Assembly: GCA_051530055.1 (NCBI GenBank)
Contig: CM121342.1
Location: 2,762,797 to 2,826,796, forward strand
Direction of reading: 5' to 3'
Origin: Neoechinorhynchus agilis
Lineage: Eukaryota > Animalia > Acanthocephala
DNA length: 64,000 nucleotides
Part shown: positions 35,805 through 47,860 of the stretch, piece after piece
Position numbering within the stretch: the stretch's first letter is position 1
Layout of the letters: each line of letters begins with the position of its first letter
Position numbers and translations under genes: made by a program
Notes under the pieces: generated by a model
Database searches by the model: none
What the model was told of the DNA's origin: nothing
The model's input: only the letters and a program-made list of their open reading frames with translations

Positions 35805-36379
35805 CACATTTCCCGGTACTTCACATATCGACATTTTTAGTATGAATTGATCGAAAAGTATCGATTTTTCATTTCCTCCGAATTTGTTCCCAAACCGAAA
35901 GCAAACAAACGAAAAATTTTATTACTTTTATTTTGCTAAGCTTTTAATTGCAAAATAAATATTAAATTGTAAATGTATAAGTTCATCGACCAATGCAGTG
36001 CTTTATCATTTTCATTTGCTTTCTGTTTCGAAGTTCTTTAAACTTCTTATTAACGATATAGGCAACAAATCACTGATATTACTTCCCAAGAAGTCGTTGA
36101 ATTTTCACATAATATTTCGTTAAGGATAGAAAATGTTAAAAAGGCTTGAAGGTCCTCATGTCCATTCAGATGATTTCCTTCCTGGATGCGAAGAACATAT
36201 AAAAGATGAGCGACTTTGGAAAGCGATAATGAAACTCACAAGTGAATGCTACTTTCAACCTTCCCAACACGTGGACAATGTTTTAAAGATTCTAAAGAAG
36301 TCCCACGTAAAGGGCAAAATATCAAAAATTAAATCCTTTTTTATTTACTGTGCCTTCATCAAAACAAATTTTTTAAAAA

Positions 36380-38876
36380 TTGCTTTCCCCCGCCTTGTTC
36401 TCAGCTCTAGCAACTCAATATCGGGGAATTTGACATCCAACATTAAAAACAGGCTAGTTGAGTTCGACGCGAATATGAAGAGAATGACCGAATCCTCAGC
36501 GACTCCCGAAAATTCGTCTAGCAAAAGCCGTAAACAAGGCACAGTTCGGCCACTGGGTCAACGCGTATCGGCGAAGCTCGCAGACGGGAATGTTCGAGGT
36601 GCGGTTCGGCTTCTAGCCTCAACTGAAGATTTTGCGCCAAATCATGGCACAACTTTTGAGGCTCCATTAAAGTTGCATCCGTCATCGGAGTCCAACTCCA
36701 CCAATTTTACACCAACTGCTCAGGCATTCCGAGCAAATAGTTTAGAAATAAGGAAAGCTGTGTCCTCCTTCGCCAATGGCTCAGGACACGGGCCGGATGG
36801 CTTGCGTCCATAGCACCTCAAAGACATGATGTCTTTTTCTACAGGTGCTTCGGGAATAGCCCTCGGAACTGCTTTGCTTAAAATAGTTGATATTTTCATC
36901 GAGGGCTCCATTGGCAATTTGGCTACACATCTTTTCTTCGGCGCCTCTTTGTGTGCTTTGTCCAAGAAAGATGGTGGGATTCGTCCCATCGCCATTGGCT
37001 GCACTTTGCGTAGGTTAGCCGCGAAAGTTTTATGTAGGAGAATCTCCGATAAAACGGGAGAATTTCTAAGATCCTGTCAGTTAGGTTGCTGCACTCCTTG
37101 TGGAGTTGAAGCGGTCGTGCATGCTCTGCGAAAATTTATCCCCCAAAGAACAAAGCCAACAGCAATTCTGAAAATAGATTTTAAAAATGCTTTCAATACC
37201 TTAAAAAGGGAAATAATGTTAAAAGCGATTGAGGATGTCGCCCCAGAGGCTTACCCTTACTTCTGGAGAGCATATGCTAACCATACGCCACTGCTGTACA
37301 ACGACAAAATAATTTGGTCGCAGAGTGGTGTACTACAGGGAGATCCACTCGGCCAGATAGGCTTCTTCGTCACAGTAAATGATCTTGCCCATTCAATGTT
37401 TCCTCATTTCAACGCTTGGTACTTGGACGATGCCACACTCGGTGGCGATCCAAGTGTTGTTTTGAGCGACCTTCAAAGGATCGTGAATGTAGGTGACCGC
37501 TTGGGAATAGAAACAAATCTCAAAAAATGCGAACTTCTCGTCCTGAACGCAACTGAAAAAGAGCGCTCTCCAATCTCTAGCGATTTTGAATCAGTTGCTC
37601 CTGGTCCGGGTTTGATCACCCTTGACCAGCTCACACTCCTCGGGAGCTGCGTTCTTGCTCAGAATGTTGCGAAGGACCTGCACGCACAAATCCCGAAAAT
37701 GGAGTTGCTCTGCGGCCGAACTTCTGAGTTTTCGGTACATGAGGGTCTCTTCTTGATCAAGAATTGCCTCTATCTGCCGAAATTGCTTCACAAGCTAAGA
37801 GCAGCTCCATGTTTCGGAGAAGACAAATTGTTAGGAGAGCTCGGCGGGGTAATTCGTAAGTAGCTGGGACATATATTGAATGTCAAATTTTCTGACACAG
37901 GTTGGCGACAGGCTACTTTTCCCACGACTTATGGTGGTTTGGGAGTTCGCACCACTTCAGACGTCGCTTTACCTGCCTTCCTCTCCTCTTGCCGGGCAAG
38001 TAAAGTCTATGTCGATGCCATTTTAGGCACATCACTGAAGGATGCGATCTTTGAAACAGGATTATCTCAATGGCATCAATTGACAGGCATCAACCAGCTC
38101 CCCGCAAATGAATGCAAACAGTCGTCTTGGGACATTCCTCTTGTTCAGAAGATTCACAACTCTTTCAAAGATCTTCTGGATGAGGTGTCTCAGGTCCAGC
38201 TGGTAGCCTGTTCCACGAGGGAGTCGGGAGCGTGGTTGAATGTTCTCCATGTAGGGAAACTTGGAAATCTCCTTGCTGACTCAGTCGTCAGGATCGCAAT
38301 ATCCTTGAGATTAGGCCTACCGATTTGTATCCCGCATCGCTGCCGCTGCGGCACTATAGTGGACTCTTCGGGGAGACACGGTCTAATATGCAAGACGTCA
38401 GCGGGACGATTTCCAAGGCATGCTGAAATCAATGCCACGAACGCTTTCCCTTCCAAACATTCTAGAACCCACTAATCTTTGTAGATTAGATGGAAGACGC
38501 CCTGATGGCGTGACCGTATTTCCTTGGCGGGAGGGAAAATGTTTGTTGTGGGATGCAACGCGTGTGGACACGTTGGCAAACTCCAACATCGGCCACTCGA
38601 AAAAAGGTCCAGGAAGAGCGGCGACGGCTGCAGAGGATCGGGAATGCTCAAAATACAGGGAGCTAACCCGAAATTACCATTTTGTCCCCTTTGGTGTGGA
38701 AACGTACCTTGGGAGGGTCGGCACTGGCCCTCCTCGTGAAGGACTTGGGGAAACGAATTTACGCGGCGACTGGAGAGCCAAGATCGACGTCGTTCTTGGC
38801 GCAAAAAATAAGCATTGCGGTGCAGCGGGGCAATGCGGCCAGCATTTTGGCCAGCGCCGATGAATGGGAGCGTTGA
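36380..38876 (+). mobile_element. CRE-like RLE non-LTR retrotransposon, 5'-truncated (lineage 2)
   Basis: AFPRLVL, KLADGNVRGAVR, GPDGLRP, GGIRPIAIG, DFKNAFN, QGDPLG, WYLDD, CRCG..GRHGLIC, RPDG..WDATRVDT and QKISIAVQRGNAASIL, interrupted by stops (36811, 37861) and frameshifts. Confidence 0.92.
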
Positions 38877-39076
38877 TCATCTGAATTGGAAGTATAAAAG
38901 TTCAAGATCAGAAAAATAAGAATTTTAGTTAGGTAATGAAATGGTTAATTGGTTTTTTAGCTCTAAATATATGGAAACTTTTGGAATCCTTTCAAATATA
39001 TGAAGGAGTTTTACACATTGCTCAATCAGAAAAATATTTATTTGTCGCACTCTTTTAAGTAATAAAGGAATAAGGT

Positions 39077-39613
39077 TTAATTGAACAAACTGAGTTTCGA
39101 TTTTGCGTCATCAACTATAGCTGAACCTACACATGAACAAAATTCCTTAAAGCTGATTTTTCCGTCCATGTCCTTGTCCCAGTAGAGAATTGTCATCTCA
39201 ACAACATCAGAAAGTTGCCGATCGTTCATTTGCGTTCCCACAACTTTTCTTAAAACCTGATAAAGCTCATCTCGTGAAATATAACCGTCTCTATTTATGT
39301 CGTAAACGTTGAATAAAAACCTGAGCTTCATCTCACATTCTCCTTTGACTGTAAACGTTCCTACACCATTGATAAATTCGTCGAAATCGACTTCACCGTT
39401 TCTGTCTTCATCAAAAAGACTGATAACTCTATCGAGAAGACGATTTGAACGAAGTTCTGGAATTGTCATGAACTCTTCTCGACTTATTTGACCAGATCGA
39501 TCGCGATCGATCCGTCTAAACTTACGGCGTAAAATGCGCAGCTCTTCAGGAGCGAATGCTGCTTTCATTGCTTTATTTCTTTGTGCTTCTTTTGATGAAA
39601 ATCCACAACCCAT
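39077..39613 (-). CDS. Calcineurin B-like EF-hand protein, intronless
   Basis: Four EF-hand loops (DRDRSGQISREE, DEDRNGEVDFDE, DINRDGYISRDE, DKDMDGKISFKE), KLRFLFNVYD and an N-terminal MGCGFS. Confidence 0.9.
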   Translation of the reverse strand: MGCGFSSKEAQRNKAMKAAFAPEELRILRRKFRRIDRDRSGQISREEFMTIPELRSNRLLDRVISLFDEDRNGEVDFDEFINGVGTFTVKGECEMKLRFLFNVYDINRDGYISRDELYQVLRKVVGTQMNDRQLSDVVEMTILYWDKDMDGKISFKEFCSCVGSAIVDDAKSKLSLFN

Positions 39614-40280
39614 TCTTAAATGTTAAAGGTGGTGATAAGATTTCCATTTTAAACTTCAAGCAGGTTGCCAGGTTACTTTCTGCATTTTTTGTTCGCGTTA
39701 ATCCATTTCATTAATAAATCACCAGTAATTATCATGTCTAACATTGTTACAAATTTGTTCTCCAGCTTGAGCAAAGTATTGGTGATCATTAAAAAAATCA
39801 GCCATTTTTCGGTCCATTAAGAGAAAAATCCAGCTTTTTAACAATTTTATGTTGATTTTAGGTTCTCAGTCCGTCGCTTCAACTGAAAGCACGCATCCAT
39901 TTTCCGAGTCTACACTTGGTTTCCTGACTTTTGCGGCACAACTTAAGGTCCGAACATACACGAATTCATCAAAATTATGTAGTAAGATTTTGGCAACAAT
40001 GGAGCCAAATGTTGAGTCCAGCCTTGAAAACGAGCTTTCCACGACCAAAAAAGACATATCACGAAATGCGTTCATATCGCCTACAATCGACGCTACTGAC
40101 GCAGACACCTTGAACGATCCGCTTATCGTTCACTCTCAACCTGAGAAGACCAACGCTACCGAGCTCCAACGCGTCTCTACTCTTGTGTGTTCGGTTTGCG
40201 ATAAGTCTTTTAAATTAACCAATCTGGGGGTTTTGTTTGCCAACGGTCCCTGAGATCGCCGCTGTAGCGGGTCTGGTTCT

Positions 40281-40400
40281 TGTGGTAAGTACGCTATTGA
40301 TTGGGCTAGCGTAAATGGGCATAAAATAGTGTGTGTTGTACAAAAACAGTTTTTGTTGAAATAAACGGGTCCACTGTTTGGTTCATCCACCATGTCAACA
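40281..40400 (+). repeat. 5' LTR (120 bp)
   Basis: tgtggtaagt...tgtcaaca, followed after 2 nt by the PBS. Confidence 0.95.
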
Positions 40401-43400
40401 TCTGGCGACGAGGACAAATGGAAGACATGGATGGAGGGTATCATGGGACAGCAAAAGGTGTTGATGGAAGAGATGTTCAAAATGGTGTCCAAGGCCCAGA
40501 TTGAACAGAAAAATGTGATACGGGGAGCACAGATAACCCCATTCCGCACTTTCGATGGAGTCGAGAACTGGGCCGAGTACGTAGAACAAGCCGAAGCCCC
40601 CATGGAAATCAATGGAATCAAGGAAAGCGGCGAAGAAAAGCGTAGATCCTGTCTATTGGCCTGGATGGGTCCAAAGATTTACACAGAGCTAAAGAAGATG
40701 GTAGCCGGCCGACCGTTCGACGAAGTCAGCTATGTAGATGTCAAGTCGCTGATTGACGCTCACGTAGCACAGCCAATGCACCAGATAACGGCGCGCTACC
40801 TCTTTAGTACATGCCGTAAAGCAGAAGGACAAACTCACGCCGAGTGGATTACAGCACTACGAGGAGCTGCACGAGGATGCGGTTTCTACAGCAAGGAAGT
40901 TAAGGATGAACGATCAGCGGTCGACGAAAGGATTAAGGATCATATAATCGTGGCGACACTTTCGAAAGCTTTAAGAAAAGCTGCGATGCAAGGCAAGGAT
41001 TCAGCATCATTGGAGGAAGTCTTAAAGATTGCCGAAGCGATCGAGGTAGCAGAAAAGGCGAGCGAGCTGTTGTGTGATTCAAAAAGTAACGAGCGTTCGG
41101 ATCAAAGAGGAGAGGTCGAGGTTGATCGAATAATAAGAAGTCAAAGGTTCACAAGAAAATCAGAGGATAAGCGAGTACAAGAACCGAAAGAGAAGTTCGG
41201 TAATCGATGCGGAAAGTGCGGATTCGTTCATCGAGATAAATTTCAATGTCCGGCAAGTAGAGGAAAATGTTACAAGTGTGGTATTAGCGGACATTTTGCC
41301 CGAATGTGTAGAAAAGCGTGGGTGAGACAAGTAGAAGCTGTAAAAGGAGTGGAGCCTAGAGAGGATGAGTGGGAATTTAAGAAAGATTATGGTTGTTATG
41401 GGCTAATCTGCACTGCAAATGACGAGGGTAATCGAGCAGAAATAGAGGCGAGGGTCGATGGATGTCAAGTGACAATGAATTTTGATACTGGCGCGGAAGT
41501 TAGTATCATCGACGAGGATATGTGGAATAAGATCGGAAAGCCGAGTTTGAAAGCGACGAAGCGATTGAAGGCGTTTGGAGGATCCGAAATCGACTGTCTG
41601 GGCAAGTGCAAAGTTGGTAAAAGGAACGAAGGGATGTTTATGGGGGATTGACTGGATAAAGCTGTTTGATATGGAGTAACCCCCTTCAGTGATCGTCAGG
41701 GGAATAAAGACCGTACAGGAGTCAGTGGATGATATGCTAAAACAGTTTAAAGTACTTTTCGAGGAGAAGTGTACCCCCATCAGGAATTTCAGAGTAACAC
41801 TGCCGATTGCAGACGGTGCTCAGCCCACGTGGATACCAGCGAGGAGAGTGCCGTGGGCATTACAGGATGCGGTAGTTAAAGAAATGGAACGATTGACGAA
41901 CAAGGGGGTATTGGAACGAGTGGAGACAGGCGACACAAATTTAGAATGGGGAACCCCTATGGTCATCACGAAGAAAAGTAATGGACAAATACGAATCTGT
42001 GCGGATTTCAGAATCACCGTCAATAAAGCATTAAGGCAGGACAGCTATCATATGCCAACTTTCGACGACATGCTACAGAGATTGGGGAATGGCAAGAAGT
42101 ACTCTACTATTGATTTATCGGATGCTTACTTGCAGTTAGAGGTGGCAGACGACCATAGGAAACTCCTAAATATATCGACTCCATGGGGATTGTTCCGGTA
42201 CCGGAGGATGCCGTTCGGACCAGATATTCCAGAAATTTATAGACAATTTGTTGATAGATATCCCAAGTACCGGAGCTTATCTCGACGATATAATCATCTC
42301 CGGAAAGAATGACGCAGAACATCTCCAAAATTTAAAGGCGGTGCTCGAGCGACTGGAGGAGGCAGGGATTGGCATCAAGAGAGATAAATGTAGATTTATG
42401 GAAGCACAGGTGAGATATTTGGGGCACAGCTTAGAAGACGGGAAAATAAAACCGCAAGGAGAAAAGGTGACTGCGATAACGTCGGCGCGATACCCACGAA
42501 ATAAAAAAGAGCTTAAGTCGTTCATCGGTATGGTCAACTATCTAGAACGCTTCATTCCCGAATTGCAATCTCACTGCAGGGGATTGTATGCGTTACTGAA
42601 ACAAGGAGTTCCGTGGAAATGGGGAAAGTATGAGAAGGACATCTTCGATGGAGTAAAGCGAGCGGTCCAAAATCACAAGGTCTTAGTACCTTTCGATATC
42701 AAAAGAATGACTGTGCTGACATGCGACGCAAGCGAAGAAGGAATTGGTGCGGGATTGTTCCATAAGAAGGAAGATGGGAGCAAAGAACCGATCATGTTTG
42801 TATCCCGGGCACTTACCTCAGCGGAAAATAAATACGCGACTATAGAAAAGGAAGCTTTAGCAATCGTCAGCTCGATTAAGAGGTTCCACCAATTCTTATA
42901 TGGACATCGATTCATCTTAGAGACCGATCACAAACCCCTGAAGCATATTTTTGGAATGCGGAGAGATTTGTCCAAGATGACGAATAATCGACTGGTACGC
43001 TGGGGCCTGTTCTTGAATCAATACGACTTTGAGATCGAATATGTTCAAGGGGCCGATAACAAATGTGCTGATTTTTTGTCGAGATTTCCGGTAGACCCTC
43101 CAAAGCAGAAATACTCAGAAGAGGAGACAATAACGCTACGAATGGTGCAAGAGGAGAAGGTGGAGGCTTGCGGTTTAACGAAGTCAAGATTGAAAGCGGA
43201 ATCGATTAAAGATCGTCAACTGGCAAGGATTGGATGATATTTTTGCAGCTCGGATGGCCGAAAACGATGCTTGATACGGACAGGCAGTTCGCGGCCCGAG
43301 CAGATGAGTTATCCTGCGAAAACGGCATTGTCATGCACTTACAAAGAATTGTCATCCCATTTTCTCTGAGAAAGGAAGTGTTAGATATGTTACATCGTGG

Positions 43401-44525
43401 TCATCCAGGAATTGAAGGCACAAAAGCTTTATGCCGATATTACGCATGGTGGCCCGGTATAGAGGATGACATACGGCGGAAGGTAGAAGGTTGCGAAAGG
43501 TGCCAAATAGCCCGACCAAATATTCAACAACTGCCGCTTATACCTTGGGACTATCCGGCGGAAGTGTGGGAGCGCGTGTACATCGATTTGGCGGGACCGA
43601 CAAACTCCAAGATGTATTTGGCGATCGTAGATGCAAGGAGTAAGTGGCCCGAGGTTTGGTTCTTCAATACATGCAAAATAACATCCGAAATGGTGATCGA
43701 TCGGATGAGGGAAACATATGCTCGATTCGGGACTCCAAAGAAAATTGTGAACGATAACGGGCCTCAATTTATGTCGCAAAGGTTCAAGGCGTTTTGTGAA
43801 GAAAATGGGATCGAGATCATAAAGGCGAGTCCTTACCACCCACAAACGAATGGGTTGGTAGAACGATTTATAGGAACCCTTAAACTACGCGGAATGGCAG
43901 GGGAAGGAATGGATACTCGAAGGGCACTTACGGAATTTCTACAAACATACAGAAACACGCCTCATGCAATCACAGGGAAAGCTCCAGCAGAAATGATGTT
44001 AGGGAGGAGGATGAATACAGTGTTCGACAATATCAGACCAAATACAGAGGAAACAGTGCGAGACAGGACCGCGCGAAGACAGAGACCGGATGGGCGTTAT
44101 CGCGAGTTTGGGGAAGGCAATGAAGTGTGGTAGAAAGAAGGAAGAGCTGGGAAATGGCAAAAGGGAGTCGTGGAGCAACGATCAGGACCGGTGTCCTACT
44201 GAATCGTGGATAAAAACGGAACGCGAAATAGGGCGCACGGGGATTTCGTGAGGAAAAGAAGGCTACGAAGAATGTGAACAAGAAAAGGATAATGTAAGCA
44301 TAAAGGTTGAAGAGGAAGAACTTCAAAGGAAGGTAGAGTTTGATGCGGAAGATGGAGGTGAAGTCACGAAATCGGGGCAGGCCGAGATGCAACCGAAGTT
44401 AAAGAAAAACGAAGACCGAGAGCACGCAACACCTTTCTTAAGGAGAAGTCAACGTCATCGGAGGCCTCCTATACGGCCGTACGACGAATACCGCAAAATA
44501 GGTTAGGAATTCGCGGGGGAGGAAA

Positions 44526-44646
44526 TGTGGTAAGTACGCTATTGATTGGGCTAGCGTAAATGGGCATAAAATAGTGTGTGTTGTACACATAAACAGTTTT
44601 GTTGAAATAAAGAGGTCCGCTGTTTGGTTCATCCACCGTGTCAACA
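44526..44646 (+). repeat. 3' LTR (121 bp)
   Basis: tgtggtaagt...tgtcaaca, preceded by the PPT and followed by GTTCT. Confidence 0.95.
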
Positions 44647-47600
44647 GTTCTCTATAACAATTAACCGAACCTTTTGTGCCTGAGACCCCTCAGCTCACCA
44701 CTAACTTTATTTCGATACCTGATATCGTGCGGTTTCTGCCCAGGAACGTCCTGAAACGGATCCCTAAATGCGCGCGATATCTGATCGCCAAAGCATTTAC
44801 GGGATTGTTCAACGATTGCCTTCAAACGAACTGTGCGCCTTCATGGACACGGCTCTTCGCTTTCCCGCGCTTAGTCCTCTGCACCAGCGGTGATTCTGGG
44901 GTGTCTTTGACATCAAGAGGTTCGTAAGGGACGCACGAAGAGTTCGCTGCTGTTTTTCAAAGCGATCACTGACTGAACGTGTCTCTTCGAAGCTTGCGGA
45001 CGGAGATGTTCGGGTGGCTGTACGGTTATTGCCATCCTCTGGCAGTTTTGCAGAAGGAGACGACGAGACACTACAAATACTCCGGTCCAAACGCCCATGC
45101 AGTAGTGGCAGTTTTGAGATTCCACCTCCTCCCGTACAAAAAAAGCCATCTCATCTTTTGCAAATGGTTCGGGTCACGGGCTTGACGGGCTAAGATCTCA
45201 ACACCTAAAGGACATGATGTCCTTTTCAACTGGTGAAGCAGCTCTCTCTAGGAAGTGCGCTTTCTCGAATAGTCGACCGCCTGACTGGAGTGGACCTGAA
45301 CCCCGTTGCAAAGGACCTATTTTTCGGAGCCTCATTGTGTGCGCTCACAAAAAAAGAAGGTGGGATCCGTCCCATCGCCGTACCTTCGACGATACGCCGA
45401 CTCGCAGGAAAAATTCTCTGCAAACGTATTACAGAGAAAACCGGACAGCAACTTCGTCCAGTCAAACTGGGCTGCTGCACATCCTGCGGGGCGGAAGCTA
45501 TGGTCCACTCGCTCCGAAACTTTGCTACGAGAAGCTCAGAGCCGTGCGCGATTCTTAAGTGTTATTTTCGGAACGCCTTTAACTCTCTCAATAGAGAAAC
45601 GATGTTCCGTGCAATTAGGGATTATGCCCCAGAAGCCTTCAAGTATTTTCTCAATGCCAAAGGGACGGCGACTCCTTTGCTTTTCAAAGGCCACCTCATT
45701 TGGTCCGAAATAGGAGTGCAGCAAGGAGATCCCCTCGGTCCAATCGTATTCTCACTAACAGTAAATCCAATAGCGCATTCTCTCCATTCCAGTTTCAACG
45801 CTTGGTACCTGGATGACGCTACGCTCGGAGGTGATCCCTCCGTTCTACTGCGCGATTTGGAGACGCTGATTACTGAGACCTCGAGAATGGGCATTGAGCT
45901 CAATGTTGGAAAGTGTGAGGTCCTAGTATTAAATATCGAAGACGCCGCCAAAGTCAAATAACTAATGGCTGGTTTCGAGACCGTAGCTCCAGGTCTGAAA
46001 CTCGTGACTCGGGAGCAACTCAGCCTCCTGGGTATTTGCGTATTTGATTCAAATGTGGAAGATGGGATCGGCCGTATCATACCGAAACTTTCATTGCTGT
46101 ATGATAGGGTGAGCGCTCTTTCGGCTCATGAAGCCTTGTTTCTCATAAAGAACGCGCTCTTTATGCCGAAATTGTTATACAAGGTTCGCACAGCAACATT
46201 TTTCAAACATAAGGAAGGATTGGCTAAGCTCGACGACAAGGTGAGGGCTTGTCTCGAGCGTATTTTAAATGTCCAGCTCTCAGATGAGGCGTGGCGACAA
46301 GCTTCATTGCTTGTGTCATCTGGGGGATTGGGCATTCGGGCGCTAGTAGAATTTGGCTTGCCAGCCTTTCTTGGATCGTATGAAGGGAGTCAACCGATAG
46401 CGAAGATAATTCCGGGGGAAAAGTTTTGTCTTGACCAAGACTTTGTGGTGGCGGTTGAGGAATGGCGCCAGCAGATAGGCGCTAACCATGTTCCCGTGAA
46501 TGGCATCAGACAGTCGATCTGGGGCAGGCCTCTCGTCGCGAGAGCTCACAGCTCTCTACTTTCAGGTTCTCGCGATGGGGTCGTCCGAGCTAGATTGTTG
46601 GCAGTTTCGACACGAGAATCTGGGGCGTGGTTGGAGGCTGTTCCTCTGGCATCTGTGAGAACTCTTCTCACGGACGAGGTAACGAGGATCGCAGTGTCCT
46701 TAAGACTTGGTCTCTCGATATGCACACGACATCGCTGTCGATGTGGGTCTTTGGTTGGTGCTTTCGGGCGACACGGCCCCGTTTGCCGAAAGTCAGGAGA
46801 AAGGTTCTAATGCCATTCTGAGATCAAAAGCGTAATTTCTCGGGCGTTGAGAACGGCGAACTTCCCCAACATCTTTGAACCCGCCCATCTTTGTTGACTA
46901 GACGGTCGTCGACCAGACGGAATTTCGGTCTTTCCGTGGCGGGAGGGCAAATGCCTTCTCTGGGAGGCAACGATTGTGGACACTTTCGCAGTAAGCAACA
47001 TTCCCTACTCTCGAAAAAGCTGGAGATACAGCCTAACCAGGAGCCCACTATTTTGTCCCCTTCGGAGTAGAGACGTATGGATCGCTTGGCAGCTCGGCAC
47101 TCACTCTGCTCCAAGATCTCTCGAAGAAATTGAGAGAAACGACCGGCGACGCACGAGCAGGTGTATTCCTTCGACAAAATATCTCGCTGGCAGCACAACG
47201 AGGCAATGCTGCAAGCGCGATAGCGACGGTCGAGGAAGGAGAGAAGCTAAGATTTTGCGGACGGTGGTGATTGCGCGTTTTGTACTTTATTAAGTTCTAC
47301 AAATAAAAGTTTAATATATGAAAATGTTCTTAATCTTTTTAAAGGTAAAATCCCACCTTCAATGAAATCCCAATTGAATTCTAAGTTTCATTATTGAAAA
47401 AAGAAGAGGAACCATGAACCTTCCAATCAATGGGTGCCTCGTGTAAAACCTTCCCCACCGATTATTTTTCATTTTTCAATGTGCCCTCTGAGATGCAATC
47501 GCATCTTCGGTCGTCATTGGGCTTTGGTTGCGCGCCAATACTTACTGCTTGTAAGTTTTTAAATATGTGAGTTCGTCTACCTTTTTACAAAAAATCGTGT

Positions 47601-47860
47601 TGTGACCTCGTTCTTTTACGAGAAAACGAAACTTCCTAGGTAAATACGTCACCGAATTAATGTCATTTTTTCCAAGATTTTGGTGAAGTAGCTTAAAGTT
47701 TTATTTCTAATTTCGACCGACCGAATTCGTCCTAAGTTTTGAAGTGTTTACTATCGCCTAAATGCTGCTCGCCGTAAAAAAACGATGAATGTGGACTTAA
47801 GCTTCAACATTCTTTTATTAACTCTTGTTGAGCGGTTCAAACCCCGAGAAGTGTTCATGT

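Larger units (their letters stand above)
32831..36181. repeat. Circularly permuted duplicate of segment 20353-23243 (B = 32831-35257, filler, A = 35710-36181)
   Basis: 32831-35257 matches 20818-23243 and 35710-36181 matches 20353-20820. Both outer ends fall on the same TTC of the donor (gatttccTTCttgaaagg). Confidence 0.9.
40281..44646 (+). mobile_element. Complete but defective Mag-type Ty3/Gypsy LTR retrotransposon
   Basis: TG..CA LTRs at 40281-40400 and 44526-44646, a 5-bp TSD GTTCT on both sides, PBS tggcgacgagga and PPT gcgggggaggaaa. Gag has two Cys knuckles, followed by protease FDTGA, RT YLDD, RNase H CDAS and integrase HxxH/CxxC..DNG..E. Frameshifts and stops are present. Confidence 0.97.
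39999..47270 (+). mobile_element. Near full-length CRE-like RLE retrotransposon (lineage 3), split by the nested Gypsy
   Basis: The 5' piece MEPNV..CSVCDKSFKLTNLGVLFANGP*DRRCSGSG continues after the Gypsy as VLKRIPKCAR..FAFPRLVL, then RT (GGIRPIAV, QQGDPLG, WYLDD), CRCG..GRHG, RPDG..WEAT and the 3' tail. It carries many lesions. Confidence 0.9.

Noticed and set aside
36133-36813. 226-aa ORF as a genuine gene
   Set aside because: It is a chance read-through of three joined pieces: duplicated segment A, ~200 bp of flank, and the CRE 5' end.
39850-39998. HDV-like ribozyme in the CRE 5' UTR, or an SL-RNA target near CRE ends
   Set aside because: No nested double pseudoknot, Sm site or spliced-leader-like repeat could be identified by eye.
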